This document shows positions 31,502 through 32,000 of a stretch of 32,000 bases of DNA, one piece after another; positions within the stretch are counted from its first letter, which is position 1, and each line of letters begins with the position of its first letter. The notes under the pieces are model-generated. The model was not told the DNA's origin. It did not search any database and saw only the letters and a program-made list of their open reading frames with translations. Made by a program: the position numbers and the translations under genes. Where the stretch lies: positions 22,566 through 54,565 of the forward strand of contig MTSL01000186.1 of assembly GCA_002794465.1 (NCBI GenBank), read 5' to 3'. Source of the DNA: Paramicrosporidium saccamoebae KSL3 (Eukaryota; Fungi; Cryptomycota).

Positions 31502-31728
31502 TGCTTAATATCAATTGACACACCTTTTTAATTTTCCTGGCCCCATTTTTAATGATAAATGGTGGATCACATGGCAAGGGACCTCTTATTATCAACCAAG
31601 TCATACTTCTAGCCTTCCCGGCACCATTCTTGGTGACATGTGGTGGATCAGGTGGCAAGGAGACTCTTTTGCTACCAATTAAACCATACCTTTAGCTTTC
31701 CTGGATCCATTCTTGACGATAGGTGGTA
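31502..31728. repeat. Degenerate ~82-bp tandem triplication
   Basis: Anchor CCATTYTT at 31543, 31624 and 31707 (periods 81 and 83). Positions 31534-31589 and 31615-31670 match at 42 of 56 nt. Confidence 0.8.
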
Positions 31729-32000
31729 ACTAACCTAGTGCCTCACAAATCCAATATCTCAAATATATAATAGCGGAGCAAATTCAAGGCTTGGAGTACA
31801 AACTCTTTAGTGGGGATTCCGATTCATTACGACGCTGTGGCGAGGAGCTTGATCCGCTATGACCCTTTTTAGTGAGGATTTTACTCCGTTATATATATAT
31901 CCCTTTTATAGAAACCAGGTGTCGCGTAGTGGGGATAAATAGTATGGGCAGGAAGGGGGTCTGTTTACTGCTAATCCTATAATAGTATGGATCCACATCT

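Overview
Gene-dense eukaryotic nuclear DNA with about 21 protein-coding genes and one tRNA-Ala(UGC). There are no prokaryotic operon, CRISPR or transposon signatures. I assembled the gene models by hand. They contain about 37-39 GT-AG introns, all 29-39 nt long, and every spliced model closes in frame. Spacers between genes are often under 100 nt. Mitochondrial genes are present (mitochondrial AsnRS, Coa1, a ValRS presequence), and several proteins look animal-like or ancestral-opisthokont. Together these suggest a compact-genome, early-diverging fungal relative such as a Rozellomycota/Paramicrosporidium-type organism; this is inference, not a database result. The genes include a secreted S8 subtilase, ValRS, a PQ-loop protein, PIP5K, Rpt5, Nup42-like, Vps37, a peroxin/dysferlin-domain protein, Coa1, Sfm1, Rpc40, a UBE2E-type E2, a PEHE-like protein, Med22, SF3B1, a half-fimbrin, Rpc34, mitochondrial AsnRS, a PXA sorting nexin and Npr2. 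The main leads are a half-fimbrin fused to a coiled coil, a C2 domain inserted in an SNX-RGS protein, a Nup42 with no FG repeats, a tRNA 12 nt upstream of a start codon, a bacterial-type subtilase, the micro-intron regime, and several tandem amplifications at gene ends.
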